From NCBI GenBank assembly GCA_003971905.1, contig RSEE01000026.1, positions 186,001 to 250,000 on the forward strand: a stretch of 64,000 nucleotides of DNA, in the 5' to 3' direction. Made by a program: the position numbers and the translations under genes. This stretch comes from Moniliella sp. 'wahieum' (taxonomy: Eukaryota). Shown here in pieces: positions 35,306 through 48,500 of this stretch. The stretch's first letter is position 1; the number at the start of each line of letters is the position of its first letter. The notes beneath the pieces are model-generated. The model saw nothing but the letters and a program-made list of their open reading frames with translations. It was not told where the DNA came from and made no database searches.

Positions 35306-38300
35306 ATGCCGCATGCCCCGCGCCTCGCCAGCCTCGCCTCGCCGCATGCAACCGCCGCTGATGGCCCTGGCGACGCTGACGACGCTGGCGACGCCGCTCT
35401 CGCCGACCAAACCGCCGAGGCCGACAAGACCGCGGAGGAGGACGAGGCCGACGAGACCGACGCCGACACCGACACAGCGTATGAGCTGCTGCGTCAGGCC
35501 CCCACGTCGCCAGCCTCAACCCGCTGCTGTTGTCGCCCAGTGCGCGCGCCACCCCCAGCGTCTTGCCCGCCTCTTCGCCCACGCCCTCCTCCGCGCCGCC
35601 AGCACCGGCGACGTCGAGCTCCTTTCCTGGCTCGCTGCGCCCGCCTTGCTTCCGCCACTGCCAAGCCCAGCCGCTTGACGTACTCCCCTCCCGCATCCTT
35701 CCCGTCCGCCGCGGTCGAGCAAGCCGGCCGCTCACCGTCAATCGCGACGGCTATGTGGCCGACCCCGCTGCGAGTGGCGGCAAGATGAGCGTGCTCGAGT
35801 TTGACTCGCCTCTTCTGCGTGACGTCAATGGCTCGGGCCCCGTTGTGCTGGCCGCCTCGTCGGGCAATCTGGACGCAGTGCGTCTGCTGCTTACCTTGGT
35901 GCCGACGTGGATGAGCGCGACGAGCAGGGCTGGACCCCCTCTTGTGGGCAGCCAACCTGTCCAACGTCACGCTCTTCTCTTCCTCCTCGCCAGCGGCGCC
36001 AGTATTGATGCCCGCTCCACCAACGGCACCTCCTGCGATGATTTTCTCATTGCCATTGCCCCGCCCGGCAGCATCGTCTTTGAAAAATTGATGCCCATAC
36101 CGCTGCTGTCGTCTCGGCCAAGCGCGAGCTTCAGCCCGATTCCAGTGCGGGCGTAATCGAGGAGATGCGTGCTCAGCGGGACCGCAAGCTGATCATCGAC
36201 ATGGTCCTGGATGCCAAGAAGCGAGCCCACTCGTCCCTCGGTGCCGAGAATCAGTCGCAAGGGGCAGCAGACCCCTTCATTCGTACCCACACTCGCACGC
36301 CATCGCCTTCTCTCTCTCCTGTCCCTACAGCTCCCATGTCGTCTCCGCGCAAGCATGGTCACCAACGCTTCTCCAGCTCTGTATCCTTCCTTTCAGCTGG
36401 ATCGCCCACCCCCTTAACCACCCCTTCTCGCAACAGCACCATTCGTGGCCGCCGGCTCCTCGACCCGAATGAACGCAATCAATTCGCCGAAGCCGAGCTT
36501 CGCGTGCGCGAACTCAACGATCGGTCGTCGAAAGGAACTGGCTCAGGTGGCTTCCATTTTGCAAGTTGAGCTGGAGCCCTTGATCGGGCTACCTCCGCCT
36601 TCGTCCTTGGCGTCTTCGGTGCCGAAGGACATGGCCAAGCCAAATCCTGGGGCTAATGGAGCGGCGGTCCAAATCGGGCATGCCCTCTTGGAGGCCAAGG
36701 TGATGACCAATGCCCCTCTGTCCTCAGGCAGTGCCTTGTCCGAGTACCACACTCTCGGTGAGATGAACGACGAATTTGACTTCACCACTGTTCGCCTGAG
36801 TGAGATGGTTGTTTTTCTGTACACTGATATTCCCATCTTGGTTGACCTGATCGTTGGCCAAGCCAAGCCCGTTCGCGCTCCTTGGTCTGCCCGCACCGCC
36901 CCGGCCAATTTCCTCTTCTTAGCGAGCCGATACTGCGCCCGGGTACAGGACGCCGACTTGCTCGAGGGACTCATCTCAGCTGCGGTAGACAAGATTGAGG
37001 ATGCGGTCATTGTATGTGGACGCCCATTCTATCAAGCGATTCTGACCAATGCTAACCTTTTTCTCGTGACAGAATAAAGGCAAGAACTTGACTACATTGG
37101 CCTTCTGGCTATCCAACGCGCAACTGCTACTCTATACTTCTTGGCAGACGAAACTTTGAGCAATTGGGATGAGGCAGAGGCATACCCGGCCCTGCTCACC
37201 GATCTTATCAACGAGATATACATTTTCATCATCCGTGATACGGAGCGGAGGATCGATATGGTGTTGGAATCGGCCCTGCTGGACTACGAATCGATTCCGA
37301 CCGAGTCCAAGGCGGAGGAAACCCAAGCTGGTGGATCTTGGGGGTTCGTGAAAGGATTGGCTCGGCGCAGCTCCGTGCGTGGTTTCTATCCCGACTCGAA
37401 CAGTTCAGGCGGAGGTGCTTCCTCTGCTTCCGTGGATGTGTCCCCGTCTCCAACGCCCCCTCCTCCTCCCGTCGGGCCATGCTCGTTCACTCAGCACCAT
37501 TTTCAGTGCTGGTGCAGCGGAACTAAGCCGACGCACCTCGCTTAACTTTACCCCGCCCAGTACCGCACCCATGCCTCGCACCCCTCCGCCTCCCTCGCGG
37601 CCTACCTCGCCCCCGTTCGTTCGACTGGAGAGGTCAAGCCCCAACAGGGCCATCGCCTCAAACTGTTACGGCGCTCCTGACTTCTGTGTTGGAAGTGCTG
37701 CAGCTGTACGAGGTGAACCCGGCGATCATTGTTCAGCTAATGTCCCAAGTTTTCTTCTGGCTCGGCTCCGAAGTGTTCAACCGTATCCTGGGCCTCGTTG
37801 CAGGTCCGCCTCCACCAGGAGGACAAGCGTCCTTGGCTTCAATCGGTGCGGCGTTGCGCACCCCTGCGCAAAAGTCTCGTGAGCGTCGCAGACATCTTTG
37901 CCGTGCGCGGGCGACCCAGATTCGTCTCAACCTGAGTGGGCTGGAGGAATGGACACGGCGAGCGGGACTGCCTGCGTCTCTGGTTTCAACCCATCTTGCG
38001 CCGGCTCAGCAGCTGTGTTCTTGGCTCGTCGCTCTCAGCAGCCTTTCGGACTTTGGTGCGCTCGTGGCTGCCGTCCAGCAACTCCGAGCCCTTTCCCCAC
38101 CCCAATTGGCTCGGGCTGCCCAGGACTACCTCTACACTCGTACCGAGGCTCGCCTGGACGCCGAGTGCACGCAGTACCTCACTCTGCTCCAAGCCGATTG
38201 GCATCAGTCTGCCGAGTCGTCGCCTGTTAAGAATACTCGATCGCTCGACTCGCGCTTTACACGCCCCGGAGAAGAAGAGTTGGCCCCCGCTTTCCGAGAG

Positions 38301-39093
38301 GAGAGGGCGGTGCGTGAGGCTCAATTAACCGTTGACGCTCTCTTTGAGCCAGGCGGGAACATTGATGATTTCCGGCCTGCCTGGACCGCGCTAGGTCGTC
38401 CTGGGCCCGCAGCGAGATGGTGGCTCGCCCGCGGTCTCAGGCCGCTTTGGAAGCGATCCAAGCTACTGCCCCAGCCGGGACGGACGCGAGCTCGGCTGCA
38501 TTGATGCTCAACTCGAGAGAGATGCTTCCGTTTGTGCTGCCCTCGGGGCTCGACACGCTGCTGGTGACCCCGGGAGATGCGCTGGGGCTGGGCAAGGGCC
38601 ACTTTTGTGGTACGGGCCTCGCGCTCTCTGCTGCCCCCTCGCGCCGACGGGGGGGAAAGCAAGCAGTCGGCCTTCGTCGGCGATCATGTCGGTCGACGAA
38701 GACTCGAGTGGCTTCGGTCTTGTCGGGGCCTCGTCCGCCGGCGCAGCCAGTGCAACGAGTATGTTCCTCCAACATGGCATGGGCTTCGCCTTGGGCGGCG
38801 GATGGCGGCCGTGGCCGCTCTTGCCGGACGGCCTGCTGGACCAGGTGGATGGGGGCCACGCGATCTCGTCGCCCTCCCACCCTACGCGGAGAGAGTGGGA
38901 GCCCGATCTTGACTCACCTCGACCTGGAGGGGGGAGCAGAAGGAGTAAGAGAAGGAGAAGTGGACGGGGACGAGGACGGGGAGGGTGGATGAGTCGGATT
39001 TACCTTTCCCACAGGAGGACAAACCTCTTCCCCCGCCGCCGCCAGCAGCTTGAACCGGGGCTCTCTCTGGTCCCATCTCTGACCCTCACTTGA
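35306..39093 (+). CDS. Ankyrin-repeat + Dilute (DIL) domain protein (YPR089W-like)
   Basis: Ankyrin-like RLFAHALLRAASTGDVELL and VVLAASSGNLDAVRLL. EFDF..MVVF..PANFLFLASRY, then FWLSN. DIL domain LQLYEVNPAIIVQLMSQVFFWLGSEVFNRIL..CRARATQIRLNLSGLEEW. Ends approximate. Confidence 0.85.
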
Positions 39094-39719
39094 CCCTTTC
39101 TCGTCGGCGGATGAGGCGAGATCGCTTTACGCGATGGCCAGTCCATTTCCAGTCTCCTACGGAGCACTCTTCTCCCTCTTGACGCGCCAGCCGACGTGGC
39201 CAAAGAATTATCACTGTTTGTTTTGTTTCCTTGCAATGGTTGCTCACCTGCATACCTGTTGCTCCCCATCCCATCCCAATCCTCGTCCCAGTTTTTTCAT
39301 CAGATCCTTCATCAGACCCTTCTTCTGTCCGGATCCGTGGAATCCATGTGCACATTTACTCGACTCACTCAGTACGAGTATAAGTTGTCTCTTCTCATAT
39401 CTCCTTCAACCCTTCAGACATTTGAAGACAGATGTGTCGCATTACTTTTCCACAGTGACGCCTTTCCTGAAGCCTGCTCTGCAGCGGATCCCTTAAGACC
39501 CGGCAGTGCGCCTAACGCGTACCCTGCGCTCTATAGCAACCGATCGATCCATCGTCTAACGTTGCTCCCATCTCCATACGGAGATAAGAGTACAACTGGA
39601 TAACAAGGTCACCCCAAAAAAGTATGATGAGAAGATCGACGCATGTTCACTACCAACCAAGTATGGAAAGGGAAAAAGATGACGGTAATAGCAAGCAAAA
39701 AGGCAGGCCGAGGCGGCAT

Positions 39720-42579
39720 TTACAGCGCCCCCAGCGGATCGTCACCCGTGACAGCCATTTGATGCGTAGATCGACCCGGTCGCTGGGGGGGGGTCAGGGG
39801 GATACGACGCGATCGAAGATGCAGGGGGGGTGATACGAGTGGCGCTCTCTCTTGCGCGGGGGGGCGGACATTGGTACCGAACTGAGCTCAGCGCTGGCCA
39901 CCGAGGCGCGCGTGAGAAGGCGGGGCATGGGGGACGCAACTGCAGCCAATCGTTCATGAAGGGGTAAACGTTTATGGACCCAAAGGACCCAGACCCTCCC
40001 CACGATCCCGACTCTGCTGGAACGGGAAGAGCAGTTGAACCTCCCGCAGAGCCCGACGCACGATTCTGGGGAGCAGCGGCCCCACTAAGGTTCAAGCCAC
40101 GAATCGGGTAGACAACTGACCCAGGGGAAGGCGCAGCGGACGAAAACATGTGCGCCGCACGACGGACAGGGTGGGTGGTGCGAGGCACCGGAGGGTGGAC
40201 TGCATCCTTCGACACGGGAGCAGACACGAGCGGTACAGAGTTAGATGAGAAAGAAGTGTCGTCTTCGGACAACGCTGTGGAATTAGAGATTGTGAGGGGA
40301 GGGCGGGCAGCGGTGGTAAGCGCCGTTGGGCCCGGGTTCAGGTTCGGGTTCGGGCGCAGGATCGGGTAGACCCTTGGGTTCGGTTACGGATTTGGGCTTG
40401 GCATCAGGTTCGGGCTCGGTACGTGTGAGCCAAGAGGCCAAGATGGCGGGGTTATAGCTGCTCTCCTCGGCAGCCAAAACATCGCGGATGTTTGAGGGTA
40501 GTAATCGCCATCAAGGAGGCCATATCGTCTGGGGTAAGCGCCTCAGCTGACGAGCCTGGCGCCTTCCACTTGGCTTCCAACGCTTCGATACAGCCGCCCA
40601 TTGCAACGACCATCAGATGGTCTCTCTCCGCAGGACACGGAGCCGGGCCGGTGCATCACGAGGAGACGATGGAAGGGAAGTGTGTACGTTGTGGCTTTGG
40701 GGCACTGACTGGGACTGCAGCATTGCCTGGCACGATGCGATGCAGGCACAACGTCTTCCCAAGCCGCAGGAAAGCCATCGTTTCCCGTCCGTTGACGGCG
40801 AGTGCCAGCATGACCAGCATGGTGAGCATACGCTGATACAGTACGCTGCATGTTGGCTACAGCGCTCCCAACGGCCTTTTGAAGCCCCAGGGACTCTGAA
40901 CGGTCATACAGACCTCGGGCCAAATCGGTAATGCCCTCTGGCAAGACAAAGCCAGTTTTGGGAGGCATCGTAGGACGGAGGGAGGGAGGGCGAGGTGCAG
41001 GGGGTGCTCTGCCGAAGTGGGTATTCCCAATTGTTGTCGATTCTCCCGTGCCACTTGAGCGCCCATCACAATCTGAGGCCGGGCATAGATCTGAACCGCT
41101 TGCTTCACAAAGAGGCCAATAAACTCGGTCGCTGTCGGTTGAACTTCTTTGGAGGTAGAAAGCGTGGACAGCTGCTCGAGGGTGGGGTAACGGAGCAGCT
41201 GCGTAATGACTTGGGTATAGTCTTCGTCCAATATGTCAACCCGAATGCGTATCAGCATGGCCACAAATAGCATCAAGTAGCCTGAGCTTTGTGCTTCCAT
41301 CCTTGTCTGGCTCACTAGCGTCTTGAGTGCCGCTCTGGCCGAGGGCATTGTCGGGACCCATGCGGTGATGGGGCATCCCGCCCCATCAAGTGCAATCACG
41401 TTAAACGTTCCTGATCGGGACGATTCAAGCGCATCGTGGGCAAACAGTCCGTCCCACAGCAGCAGGGCATTCTCCAGCGGGAATTCACGCGTGAAGAGAA
41501 GACGGACCCAACGCAAGGCAAAAAGCTGAGTTCCACCCCCACCTCGTCCAAGTGTTTACTCAATGTCGGATCAACTTTGGTAAGAAGCGCCATGATCGCA
41601 GCCGACTTGGCCAAGATTGGAGTGGAACCAACACCAGGTGAAGAGGAGGGTCTCCACTGTACCATTCTTCATACCCTCCATCAACGTGCTAAACAATGCA
41701 TATGCGTCCGCCTCCACTTCGTTCTTGTCCAGGAGAAACTCGAACCATGCCGCTGAGAGCATCCCCATGCAGGTTCAATCGATCTTTCCAGCGCACATAA
41801 TAGCACGTTGCGGCTAGTTCGTGCATGCCTTGACGATATCCCACGTCCGGATGGGTTGAAGACCAAACAAACAGCATGGCTGTTAGTTGGGAACGTACGT
41901 CCATGCGATACTCTTCCTCCGATCAGACAGCTGGGAACCCTGGGCATCCATCTCTCGGTCTCCCGTCATGCTCATCTTGGGATGAGAAAAGGCGAATTTC
42001 AGGAAACGTACGCTCCACGTCCTTCTCAATCGACTTGAGCAGCTCCAACTGTGGATCGGTCTCTTGCTCTTCTCTTCTGTCTCCTCTTCGCAGTGAGGGC
42101 TCAGAAGGGCCTCTTGCGCGGCACGTAACACGCTAGCCAGATGGCTCGCCCGTTTTGAGTGTGATACCTTCTCCTCTCACCTTGCACAAGATACACGCAC
42201 TTGGATTGCCATGCGGCAATTCCGGGATGCCCTTCATCCTTCGGGCCTGTAATAGGGGAGCTTAGTGGTTCGCTCGCCAATGGGTCGTGGTTCTGGTGTT
42301 GTTGGGGGGGGCAGTTGGCCAAAGTAAATCTTTTCATTTTGTCAGCAGGGCAACTCGTGATAACAAGAAAAGGGAACACACTTTCCAGAGCAAGGACCTC
42401 AGCTTTCCATGGTCCCATCGCCCATCGAGCCCAGCCTGGGCCAAGGTGACTAGTGTTTGAGGAGCGGCGGGAGGGGAGGCAGAAGACGTGGGCTGGAAGA
42501 TGGTATCAAAAGCGGACAGGAGCCTGAGCTCACGCTCCTGCTCTTCCTGGTCCGTCTCCACCAGCGGGGAGCTAGGCAT
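39720..42579 (-). CDS. TBC-domain Rab GTPase-activating protein, TBC1D5-like
   Basis: LRSLLWK, IEKDVERTF (IxxDxxR), GYRQGMHELAA (YxQ), RWVRLLFTREFPLENALLLWDGLFA, LFVAMLIRIR. Terminal DPLGAL-TAA at 39720-39722. Confidence 0.88.
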
Positions 42580-42981
42580 GGACACGAGCTTGGGAGGGCA
42601 GGAGAAGGTGGTGGTGGTGATAGTAGATGTGCGACTGGGGCTTGGGTTACGTCCATAGACCTTAGGGGCGGCAGAGTTGATTGTGACGGGTTACGTCATG
42701 CGCCTTGCGCCGTGCATCACCCATCATCCATCATCATGCACATCCATTCGCGGCGGCGGGTGGCAGTGCCGCTCCTCGAGCTGCTATGCTAGACACCAGC
42801 TACTTACTCTTGTTGGCCAGCTATCTCTCCTCAATAATCGGCCACCTTACAATTGGCCAGCACATGCAAGTAGAGAAGTGTTACACTATCGTTCCAAAGA
42901 AGAAGTACAGATGAGACCCACAGATACATAAATGGCAAGAACCACGGCGGCCTGACTCCCCCGAATGTGCACGCACGATGA

Positions 42982-44466
42982 TTACAAGAATTTGCCGGAC
43001 GCACTCGCGAAGCCCAAGCCATCGTCGATGGACAGAGCCCCACGGGGGGCAGTGCGAGCCACAGAGCGCAGACGGCTGGAGTAGATGTATGAATCGACAA
43101 CGGAACCAAGAGTCAGATGCCTCCGACGATCGCACACACCGCTCCAAGGAAGTGGGTCAGGCTCCGGGCCGTCTCAGTGTGAACCGTCTTGAGTGCGGCC
43201 AGCTCGTAGTTGAACAGCACGCTTGCAGTGCCGCGGTAACCGTGTAGCGTCAGGTGAGCATCGTTCGCGTCCCCCTTGACCAAACCAGCACCAACTTGGC
43301 GGCATGAACGGCACTCGCACCAGGGTTCAAGTCCCGCTCGTAGGCAGTGACGCTGTACTGGCGTGTGGTCAAACGCTCACCAGTCAAACTGCGGTACTCA
43401 GTGGGGACAACCTTGATGTAGTATTGGTACATGAAGTTACCCTTGTCGGCATGCGCTCGCCGCCCCTGGAGTGGGTCTTGAATCTGGAGTTTGCGTTGGT
43501 ATCCTGCACCATTTGCGGCCTTTCGCCCGAACCATAGCCAAACTCGGACTCGCCCCCAAAGGAAAGCTGCTTGATAACGTGGCCAAAGTCATGGACTTGG
43601 GGCATCTTGCCTCCTTGCAAATAGGGAACCAGTCCCTGCATCCCCCACTGGTTCGATTGGAAAGAGCGGCCCATGGAGATTTGAATGTTGCCGACAACCT
43701 TGTTGACGTGCAGTAGCCCAGCAACATTGCAACCCTCATCGGCTTGGTTCTGCACCTTTTCGGTCCAATGTTCGGCTCGACACTGCTCGACCCCATCAGG
43801 GTTGGGAAAAGACCAACCTCGGCGCGCGTATGCTTCACGCACCTCGTCGCACGTGTTGCAACACCCGCTATCCTCCTTGGGCGTACCACCGTAGCAATTT
43901 CCGCAGTGCCCAGGCTCCTGCATGGCTGCAACGTCGTGCAGCTCCCCACGCAGACCCTTAGAACCGGTATCGATCACATTCCCATTCTTGTCCAAACGGG
44001 TGCGCACAACGTCGTGCTTAATATCGACTGCATTTCTCCGGAGACGTCCACAACATCGAGAGATACGACTGCAAGGACGAATCAGCGACTGCTGGTCGAA
44101 AGGGGGGGGAGTGAGAGATACGCACGGTAACAAGGGACACGAGGGAAAGAGATGTCCAGAAGAATGGGCATGCTTGACTCGCGTCCCGAATCGACAACCA
44201 GATGGCTTTTAGTATGAACCTTTGTGTAGTCCAGAAACTCCCCAAGCGTGAGGATTAGGATCATAAAGACAGAGGCAAAGGTGATGAGGGCGCCCGTGCT
44301 CGTCCGTACGCGCACATCGTCCATGGCCTGAAACCGGGGCAAGCCAGCAGTCAGATATACAAACTAGACTAGGGCATGTCCAAGCATGCCGTGGAAAATA
44401 TAAGAGACATACTGTAGCGAATGCATCGAGTCCCTTGAAAGGGCCCAAGATGCCTTTTCGTGGCAT
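42982..44466 (-). CDS. ERV46: ER-Golgi COPII vesicle protein Erv46/ERGIC3
   Basis: LDAFA|..DVRVRTSTGALIT, CGNCYGG..CCNTCDEVREAYARRGWSF..EQC, EGCNVAGLLHVNKVVGN, MYQYYIKVVPTEY, HFLGAVCAIVGG. Ends ..GKFL-TAA. Two introns near the 5' end. Confidence 0.93.
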
Positions 44467-44757
44467 CGCGGCGGCTGACCTTGGCAAGGTGATGGTGGTA
44501 AGGGATCCGAAACTCCCCGGACGGAGTGAATGCGGCGCGCTCGCCACGTTGCAGAGCGGAATTTAATTCGGCCCAGGATCCACAGCGGAACCAACGATTG
44601 CCACGGGATGTGCGGCTATTACTCTACCTACCTCCAACAAGAAACACCAGAAATACCCCAGGACCACTACCAACTACACGATGAAGACACAGCGGGTACA
44701 GCAGGTACATCAACACATGAAAACTGAGGTGAAATAAGTAAACGTAATAGTGGCCCA

Positions 44758-45598
44758 TCATCGGGTCGCCTTGCTGCCTGGAAGCCCCTTGGAGGGAGGA
44801 ACGTCCTTGGCGCTTTGTCGCAGGCGCTCCATCTGCATTTGCCTGGGCCGCCAGAAAAGAGAAATTGTCAGTGATTACTGGATGAAAACAGAAGTCAAGA
44901 ACGACGCACTTCTTTTTGGTGACCGTGTTGATCCACACACCAACAACAAAACGGACAAACATGAAAAAAGGTTCTGCAAAACCAAGTCAGTACACGAAGA
45001 AAGGAGGCGAAAGATGGCATTAGGACCTACCCCATAGCTCCAATGGGAGGTAGTTCTGCGCAACCGCGATACTGATCGGGTTGGTGGTCCAGGCAATGCG
45101 CATTACCTTCCAAAAGTTGACCTTGACCGTCTGAACCAACCCATGGGAAGTGCGAACACCATTGATAGCCCATGCAAATAAGATTGATCACGTTGGCAAT
45201 GACGCTGATAGTAGCATTGGCGACAATGATCTGTAGCACCTTTGCGCGGAAGGATGTGCGCCCAGCAAACGCACGCTGCAACCGGCCAGTCAAGAAATGG
45301 CCCAGGGGGGCATTGATAAGAAACCCATACATGAACATCTTCCCCGCACGATCGTTGAATCCCTTAGACACAAGAAGCTCCTTGGCCGCCCCAAGAGCGG
45401 TTTTCGCACTCCCTGCTGCCTTAGACTGGCGCATTTTGGCCTGCATGGCGGCCATGCCACTCAGGTTGCCGGCCAACACCTCGCCCAGTGACATAAAGAC
45501 AGCCGCAGTCAGCATCTTGGTCTGAAGCGGGTGGGCCTGCAGCGAAGCCATATAGGACCGCAAGATCGGTTTTGAGCCAGCTTGGATTGGTTCGCCAT
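44758..45598 (-). CDS. Mpv17/PMP22-family (peroxisomal) membrane protein
   Basis: YMASLQAHPLQTKMLTAA..LGEVLA, RAGKMFMYGFLINAPLGHFL..FAGRTS.RAKVLQI, AQNYLPLELW. Introns at the 3' end. Confidence 0.87.
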
Positions 45599-48500
45599 AG
45601 TGTGGGTGTGAAGTAGCTGTGCGGAGGAAGAAGGATGTTGGTGGTTGAAGTGAAGCTTCGACGTCCAAGATCTAGGCGACCGGCTCTGTGGACTCAATGA
45701 AACCAAGGACGGAAGCCGGTCCGGCTTTCCGGTGCTATCGCATGAAGTTAACTGGTCGTCACGCGTCACGCGTCAGAATTGAAACGTGACAAGAGTTCAT
45801 TAATATTTCCCCGTGCTCCTGTTGTCGATTTCTGATCGCGTTGATTGACTCTTTTTTATCTCTGTCTTCTTCTCACTTCACAACTCTCATAACATTTACA
45901 GAGCTCAAGACAGGACGAAGATCGTCCGGCTCGCCTCTCACCGCATGGAAGCGCAGCAGGTGGCAAATATTGGACTCAGTAATGTACCGTAAGACAGTAG
46001 AAGGCGTCGAAAGATAATGCTGTCAAACTGTTGTGTGTTTCTGTGTGCAGTGCTGGACACATGTCTCTCTCCAGCACAGCTGACGCACCTTTTTGTATAA
46101 TACCAGAGCTACACATTCCTGGCAACAAAATCGTCATATTGCCCATGCAGGTGCCCAAGTCCTTTTGGGCACCTCCTCCTAATCAAGTCCCGGTCCTCTG
46201 TGTTCAAAACACTTGCGCAAGTCGAGGGCCACAGAGGCCCAAACTTCTTCAAAGCCGGCTGCACTGCAACTTGGAAAAGGAAAAGAATGGAGCAAGTGGG
46301 TCTCCCTATACGCCTTCCTTCTGCCAACAGGACGCCTTTTTTCTCCTTAAGTTCCCATCATCCGAAAAAGCCCAAACTTGAGTGGGAGGGCACCACATGC
46401 ATCCACCGTCCTCAAACAAGGTGTGTGGGTTGGAAGCGACGGAGCGGGGTGCCAGTATGGATGGAGCAACGTATTACACGTTTTTGTCGCCTGTGAGTGG
46501 GGGGGAAGGGGAACAAGGGCGACACTTCCTTCTCGGGGGGTCAAGGGGGACTAAATACTCTATTGAAGCGCTGCGCATTCGAGGCTATACACCATTCTTC
46601 CCTATGTTTGTCATGACGACCCCTGGGTATTAGTTATGCCAACACGTAAGTTCCCAAAAGGATAAGTTTGAGTCCTGCAAGGAATTTACTCAAGAGTCTC
46701 AAAGTGGAGACGGTTCATCGAGGCTCACTGCATGTCACCCTGCGCTTATTCGTATCCACTTGCGCTACATCCAGTTTGGAAGCGAATGGCGGGTGTCATA
46801 GGGTCAAAGCCCGGTGCCAACACCATATTAGCCTTCGCTTGCTTAGGTTGGCACAAGCAACACACGCCAGTAATGTGATCTATGAGCCTCGCAGGCGCAG
46901 CGTTTCTTTGTTGTTGTTCCTGTCTTTTATACTATAAGCGTTACAAAAAAGCTATGAACACAGAAGTTTTGATGACACAAAGAATACCCGGAGTAATATA
47001 CCCTCGTGACGTTTTCATTGTCGGGAGGAATGAGGGGTCTTGGGACGGTCTCTGTCAGTGATTCTTGACGCAGCCAATGCAGCTCCTTTTCCCTCGGCGT
47101 TCCAGAGTTGTGCGGACCTCTACTTCATGTACCACACTCCTACCCGATTGTACCCCTCCCTCGTCCCACAAAATGATCTATATATGCTTCTGGGATATAT
47201 CTACATGTAAAGCTTCTATATTCTCTCGCATCACACCGTTTCTTACCTAGTTCGTATGCTTGATCATATCCCCTCGCCACTTTTCCTTTCTTCCTTCACA
47301 AACCGTCAAATTGCGAAAAGGCGTTGGTCGGGCCGGAGGTAAGCAACCCCGAAGAAACGTTGCTGTGTGGGCAGCCTATATGCTCATCGGTGTTTAGTTT
47401 TCCTTCCCTGGTCTTTCCAGTCCGCCTCTCTGGATAGGAACTATATACATGGTCAAAAAGCTACAGAATCGCAATGTAACGGTGCCGTTCTTTTGCATGC
47501 CTATATGGGATGGATATCCCACAAAGGTGGGGTTTTCATGCCTCTTCTCGAACTTGACGAGTAGATATTGAGTGTGTTCGTACCTGTCGCGGACGAAGAC
47601 GGGACCACGACATGTCCGCTTTTGTGGGCCTACGCGTCGTCCTTGTCTTTTTCCTCTCCCTCCGAACCGTGGCCGATCAGCAGGCTAGTACCCCTTCCCA
47701 GTTCGGGAACCAAACCGAGCTCGCTCTCAACCCCAACATTCTTGTGTCCGATGTCTAAATGATAGTCGTCGACTCTACACAGGTCCAGGGCGACGAGACA
47801 GTCGCACCTTTTGCTTGTTTATATTTTCTTCCTTCTCACATTTTGTCTCCCCACACTGATGGGGACGGAGCGCAGCTGTTCCTTTTGTTTTCTTGTTTTC
47901 CGTCGGATAACAGTCCCCCTAGTGGTTGCGACTACTTCCCAATCCCTTATTTTTTCCTTTCTCCCCCTCTATTGCACTGTTTCCACTTTGCCTCTGCCTG
48001 TATTACGCAATAATCGTGGTTGTGGTGCCTCGCCAGGCTTTGTAAATACATATTGTAGAGAGGCAACTCTTTCTCAACCGCTCTTGCAGGTTCCCTTCTG
48101 CTCTCCACCGTTTTCTCTTCTCAGAGGTACCCCTCTCTCAGGTCCGGTTTATCAGCCGCCAAGTTCCTGGCTCTCCGTAGTGCAGCTCTCCCATCAATCC
48201 CTATTAGGCTCCCCAGATCTTTCAATCCATGCTTCAGTCTCCGCTCCCGCTTTGATCTTAGCCAGGACAGTTTGTTCTCCTCCGCCTCTCTCTTCCTCAC
48301 CTTGAGTCCCAGGGGTTTCAGACATGTAACTGGCAGTGTCCAACTGCCGTTGCCTATGTATATACGAATCTTTGCTACAGAAACAGCCGCTTCTCCTATA
48401 CGCTGATCACAGAGGTGTCTTCTTATCCCTGACCCCGCTCGGAGCCACCAACAAACCCACAAAAGTACGATCATCGCGTCGTCAGTCGACCCTTCCGCGA

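Noticed and set aside
47759..48013. 84-aa ORF ending in CITQ as a CaaX pheromone precursor
   Set aside because: Its length and composition do not resemble a lipopeptide pheromone precursor, and it looks like a translation of pyrimidine-rich non-coding DNA.
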